NCBI GenBank assembly: GCA_036677365.1
Contig: JAVBWN010000030.1
Span: forward strand, 64,001-128,000
Direction of reading: 5' to 3'
DNA length: 64,000 nucleotides
Source of the DNA: Acholeplasma sp.
GTDB taxonomy: Bacteria; Bacillota_I; Bacilli_A; Acholeplasmatales; UBA5453
The notes below the pieces were generated by a model that did not search any database, was not told the origin of the DNA, and was given only the letters and a program-made list of their open reading frames with translations. Position numbers and translations under genes: made by a program. Of the stretch, positions 60,504 to 64,000 are shown one piece after another. Numbering within the stretch: position 1 is the stretch's first letter; each line of letters begins with the position of its first letter.

Positions 60504-61403
60504 ATGGAATTTAATGCAAAAGTAGAAAATATGAATGTCGGTTCGGACTTTCAAAATGTCAATGTAACTTTGGTGAATGGCGAGAAAAAGAATTTGAAAT
60601 TGACAGATGATCAAGCTCGAAAAATGGAATTAGGTAAAACCTACCATTTTGAAGTGGAATCTTACATGAAAGATGAAAAAGAACAGTTTAAAGTCGTATC
60701 ATTTACAGGTATTTTTGAATACATTCAAGACCCAGTAGTACTTAAAGAAGAATTGAGAAATTTCTATGAGTATGCACCCGTGGACATGAAAGTTCTACGA
60801 GATGATATTCATGGTTACATCCATGCCATCGAAAATAAAGTACTGAGTGACATAACAAAACATATTTTTAAACAATATGAGCATAGTTTCTTTATGTTTC
60901 CGGCGGCAGTCAGGTTTCACCATGCTTACATTGGTGGGTTGGCCTATCATACCAAAGTCATGCTCGATATGGCGAAACAATTCATCGGTATTTATCCATA
61001 TTTAAATAAGGATTTATTATATAGCGGGATTTTGTTGCATGACATTTGTAAAGTCGATGAACTGAATGGCTTTGAAGGTGGCGAATACACCTTAGAAGGT
61101 CAATTGATTGGACACCTGGTTATGGCATCTCTCAAGGTTGCTGAAGCAGCGAAAACCTTAGGATATGAAAAGGAAGAAGCTGTTTTGGTATTAAACCACA
61201 TTTTATTATCTCACCACGGGTTACCAAACTTTGGTGCAGCAAGAAAACCAGCCACAGCTGAAGCGATGCTCATTTGGTACATCGATACCATTGATTCTAA
61301 ATTCACTGTGTTAGGTGAAGAACTTGAAAAAACACAACCGGGTGACTTTACTCAAGGCATCGCTGTGTTGGATAAAACTAGATTTTATAAGACAAAACTA
61401 TAA
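60504..61403 (+). CDS. yhaM: YhaM-like HD-domain 3'-5' exoribonuclease
   Basis: PAA..FHHAY.GGL..HT, LHDICK, LIGH, LSHHG, IDTIDS. Confidence 0.85.
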   Translation: MEFNAKVENMNVGSDFQNVNVTLVNGEKKNLKLTDDQARKMELGKTYHFEVESYMKDEKEQFKVVSFTGIFEYIQDPVVLKEELRNFYEYAPVDMKVLRDDIHGYIHAIENKVLSDITKHIFKQYEHSFFMFPAAVRFHHAYIGGLAYHTKVMLDMAKQFIGIYPYLNKDLLYSGILLHDICKVDELNGFEGGEYTLEGQLIGHLVMASLKVAEAAKTLGYEKEEAVLVLNHILLSHHGLPNFGAARKPATAEAMLIWYIDTIDSKFTVLGEELEKTQPGDFTQGIAVLDKTRFYKTKL

Positions 61404-61408
61404 AAGAC

Positions 61409-61480
61409 AAACCAGTGCCAAAAAGCACTGGTTTTATATTATTTATGATGAAAAAAGAGGACTTTTGAAGGTCCTCTTTT
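61409..61480. terminator. Two tandem terminator hairpins between convergent genes
   Basis: AAACCAGTGC-caaaaa-GCACTGGTTTT and AAAAGAGGACTT-ttg-AAGGTCCTCTTTT. Confidence 0.8.
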
Positions 61481-61489
61481 GTAGATCGT

Positions 61490-64000
61490 TTAGTTTTGAT
61501 GAGGGAAACTTGTCCACCAGTCACCATAAATCTCATTGAATTCGACATTGTCAAAGACATAGGAGAAGAATTGGTCTTGGTTGATTTGAACTAATCTTTC
61601 AGCTTTAGCGTTGTTTGCAGCGCTTGCAAAGTTGTAGTTAGTTGAATCTAACAATCTATATAGTAAGTTTAATTGGTTTTGAGAACCCGTGTACTTAGCA
61701 TAGATTGGAGCGAAGTATGCAGTGATTGCAGTAGATACGCTTGAAGGTAAGTTTTCAACACCGTATTCAGAATCTTTTTCATTTAAGTAAATTTGAATTT
61801 GATTAGCAGAAATTGCATCGGTATCACTATAGGCATTTAGGTAATACTTGTTACCTTCAGCATCTGTGTATTCGATTCTTTCATAAATCATGTATTCATC
61901 GGTATCTTTAGCTTTAGAGTCATCATCAGCAGTAAATTTAGCGCTGCTAGCAACAGATCCACCTGTAGCTAAGATTAAGTGCCAACCGAATGCAGTTTCT
62001 AATACTTGCGCATAGTCTGCTGGGGAAGCTTGTAACCATTGGCTAGGGAAACTCTTGTTTGCGTCGTATTCAGCTCTAACTTGTGCATAAATTTCTTTTG
62101 CACCTGCATAGAATGCGTCATCTAATTTAGATGTAGAACCGATGGTATTTGTGGAGTTAGTAATTGCGGATAAGTTTTCAAACTTGAGGTTCAAACCAGC
62201 CGCTTTATAGGATGACCATCTGCATTCTGCAGTGACATCTAGTGGTGGAACTGTACAAGATTGAGGTGCAATTCTACCTGCAGTATTGAATTCTTCAACA
62301 ATGGCATTTAAACCAGTTGAAATCGAAGAATAAGTCAATGCTCTGTCGTGGATTAATACCATGAATTCAACCAATAAGTCTTGGAAGTCAGCTAATTTAG
62401 CAGCATCTAATGTTTCGAAGTATTCAGAAGGATCATCTGGTTTATCGTCTTCATTCATATCGATATAAACCAATAAATGAGAGGATGATAATGAGAAGAA
62501 TTGGTCTCTTAAGCGGTTTGCATAATCAGCGAAAGTCGCATAAATGGTATCACCGTATTGTGCTTCAAGGTCTTTGAGGTAAGCATCTTCTAATGCAGCA
62601 GCGACATAAACGTTTTGAATTGCTTCATCGATTGATGTTGCACGGAATGCCAACATTAAGAAGTTCTTTCTACCCATCGAAGCTGGATATCCAGACGATG
62701 CGTAGTAGTCTTGACCAAATTGTTTGATGATGGTTTCAATATTCTTACGATATTCAGCTCTCTTTTCAGCTGTAATGGTATCAACATAATCAGAAGCTTT
62801 CAATGTTTGACGGATAGCCATATCGATTGCTACTGAGACGCCAAGTCTCTTTTCAAGTTGTGCGTAGAATGCATCTACAGTGATGTCGTTACCCTCAACT
62901 TTTGCAATTAAAGTCTTGCTGGATTTAGAAGCAAGTTTAACTTCCTTAAAGCTTTGAGCTAAGTATAGTTGAACAAGTTCGTCATAAATAACGATATCAG
63001 CTTTATTAAGTCTTTCAGTTGCCTTGGTGGAGATATAAGAGGTTGTAAGTTTAGCTTCTAATACTTTGTCATAAATTTCTTCTGCTTTTTCAGTCAATTG
63101 ACCAGCTTCATCATAGACGATGAAATTCTTGTCTTCATCCATCCACTCTAAAACGGCTTCATTGTGGTCTTTAAGCTTGTAAACTAAGAAGTAGTTAGAA
63201 CCACTTAAGCGTGGGCTTGCTGTAAATCTGGTTTCACCTTCAGCGGTTCCAAGTGTGTTGTAAATATAAGTACGTAGGCTTGTGTTTGTGAAGTCTTCAT
63301 AAGCTCTTGTAAATGGAACGTTGTCCAAATCAGCTAGAATGCCATCAACAGTGTAGTTTGTATTTACTTGATCACGGAAACTGTAGATATAGTTGTAAAT
63401 TTCTAAGAATTTGACGAGTGTTTCATCTTGTGTTAATGCAACATCGGAATCAGAACCCGCATCTGGATTGATGGAGTATTTGTCGTAGTATTTACGATAA
63501 TCTGCTTCACTGATTGAACCAGTATTTGAGATACCAAGTTCAGTTAATGTTGTTGCTGCACGTCCAGTTACCACACTTACTCTTGGGTCTTGGAGTACAT
63601 ATAATTGGCTTCTATAAGCCTTTAAGTTAAATCTACGTAATGTTGCGTTTGCTTCATTAAGGTTTACGAAACGAATGGTGATTGCACTCACATCGTAATT
63701 GTTTTTAACGTTGTTGTTAAAGTAAGTAGCTAGATCTTTGTCGATGTTGATAAAGCTTGTAGATTTGCTGTCTTTAACTTCTTCAATAAGAAGGGTTCTT
63801 GCATAAATCTTTTTAGCAACGTTAAGTTTGTAGTAGTCTAGAATATCAGAACTGTGGTTTTCAAAGTCAACGATGTCGATATCGCCTTCTGCAACAGTTG
63901 AGTTAGCTAGATAGAATGAATCCACGAATGATTTCACTTTTGTGCTAATCGTTTTCGCATCATATTCTTTAAGTGTTTCTATATCTGAAGTACCGAAAAT
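61490..64000 (-). CDS. Large PrsA/parvulin-like foldase, N-terminus beyond window
   Basis: Frame is open to base 64000; LIAKVEGNDITVDAFY, SSHLLV, LDDAF, ETAFGWHLI; convergent with yhaM. Confidence 0.6.
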   Translation of the reverse strand: MFGTSDIETLKEYDAKTISTKVKSFVDSFYLANSTVAEGDIDIVDFENHSSDILDYYKLNVAKKIYARTLLIEEVKDSKSTSFINIDKDLATYFNNNVKNNYDVSAITIRFVNLNEANATLRRFNLKAYRSQLYVLQDPRVSVVTGRAATTLTELGISNTGSISEADYRKYYDKYSINPDAGSDSDVALTQDETLVKFLEIYNYIYSFRDQVNTNYTVDGILADLDNVPFTRAYEDFTNTSLRTYIYNTLGTAEGETRFTASPRLSGSNYFLVYKLKDHNEAVLEWMDEDKNFIVYDEAGQLTEKAEEIYDKVLEAKLTTSYISTKATERLNKADIVIYDELVQLYLAQSFKEVKLASKSSKTLIAKVEGNDITVDAFYAQLEKRLGVSVAIDMAIRQTLKASDYVDTITAEKRAEYRKNIETIIKQFGQDYYASSGYPASMGRKNFLMLAFRATSIDEAIQNVYVAAALEDAYLKDLEAQYGDTIYATFADYANRLRDQFFSLSSSHLLVYIDMNEDDKPDDPSEYFETLDAAKLADFQDLLVEFMVLIHDRALTYSSISTGLNAIVEEFNTAGRIAPQSCTVPPLDVTAECRWSSYKAAGLNLKFENLSAITNSTNTIGSTSKLDDAFYAGAKEIYAQVRAEYDANKSFPSQWLQASPADYAQVLETAFGWHLILATGGSVASSAKFTADDDSKAKDTDEYMIYERIEYTDAEGNKYYLNAYSDTDAISANQIQIYLNEKDSEYGVENLPSSVSTAITAYFAPIYAKYTGSQNQLNLLYRLLDSTNYNFASAANNAKAERLVQINQDQFFSYVFDNVEFNEIYGDWWTSFPHQN

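Noticed and set aside
1..64000. Many short antisense or alternate-frame ORFs in the supplied track (e.g. 12816-13328, 36688-37173, 28656-29066)
   Set aside because: They lie inside well-supported genes, lack RBS and motifs, and reflect codon-bias shadows.
1..64000. Mycoplasma-type UGA=Trp recoding or programmed frameshifts
   Set aside because: Conserved genes are intact in code 11, end at TGA where expected and use TGG for Trp.
1..64000. tRNA/rRNA genes, IS elements, integrases, prophage
   Set aside because: Intergenic gaps are short and explained by promoters, leaders or terminators, and no ORF shows transposase, integrase or phage motifs.

Overview
Core-genome segment of a low-GC, Firmicutes-derived bacterium using the standard code (TGA = stop, TGG = Trp). 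Gene content and order best fit an Acholeplasmataceae-type mollicute (inference). Almost all genes lie on the + strand. Contents in order: ricT(partial)-trmN6-orf-rsmI, a Met T-box with metG, yitT, rplM-rpsI, gltX, cysS-mrnC-rlmB-sigH-rpmG-secE-nusG, rplK-rplA-rplJ-rplL, rpoB-rpoC, rpsL-rpsG-fusA-tuf, tatD-htrA-orf-cinA, rpsF-ssb-rpsR, gdpP::rplI-dnaB, dps, prfA-prmC-tsaC, typA, rpiB-upp, two acyltransferases, cca, pullulanase, yhaM and a large PrsA-like protein. I see no rRNA, tRNA, CRISPR array, prophage or IS element. The most unusual signals are modifications of core machines. (1) RNA polymerase beta' has a ~170-aa N-terminal extension of two alpha-CTD-like units, and beta has about five tandem BBM2-like repeats. 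(2) The c-di-AMP phosphodiesterase GdpP is fused in frame to ribosomal protein L9 and retains an internal RBS. (3) A stand-alone Cas4/RecB-like + DEDD dual nuclease (DUF2779-type) is inserted between gltX and cysS. (4) There is a giant tandem PrsA-like foldase. (5) A P-type ATPase (PSGL) and TsaC carry altered catalytic motifs. All assignments come from motif recognition by eye; no searches were run.
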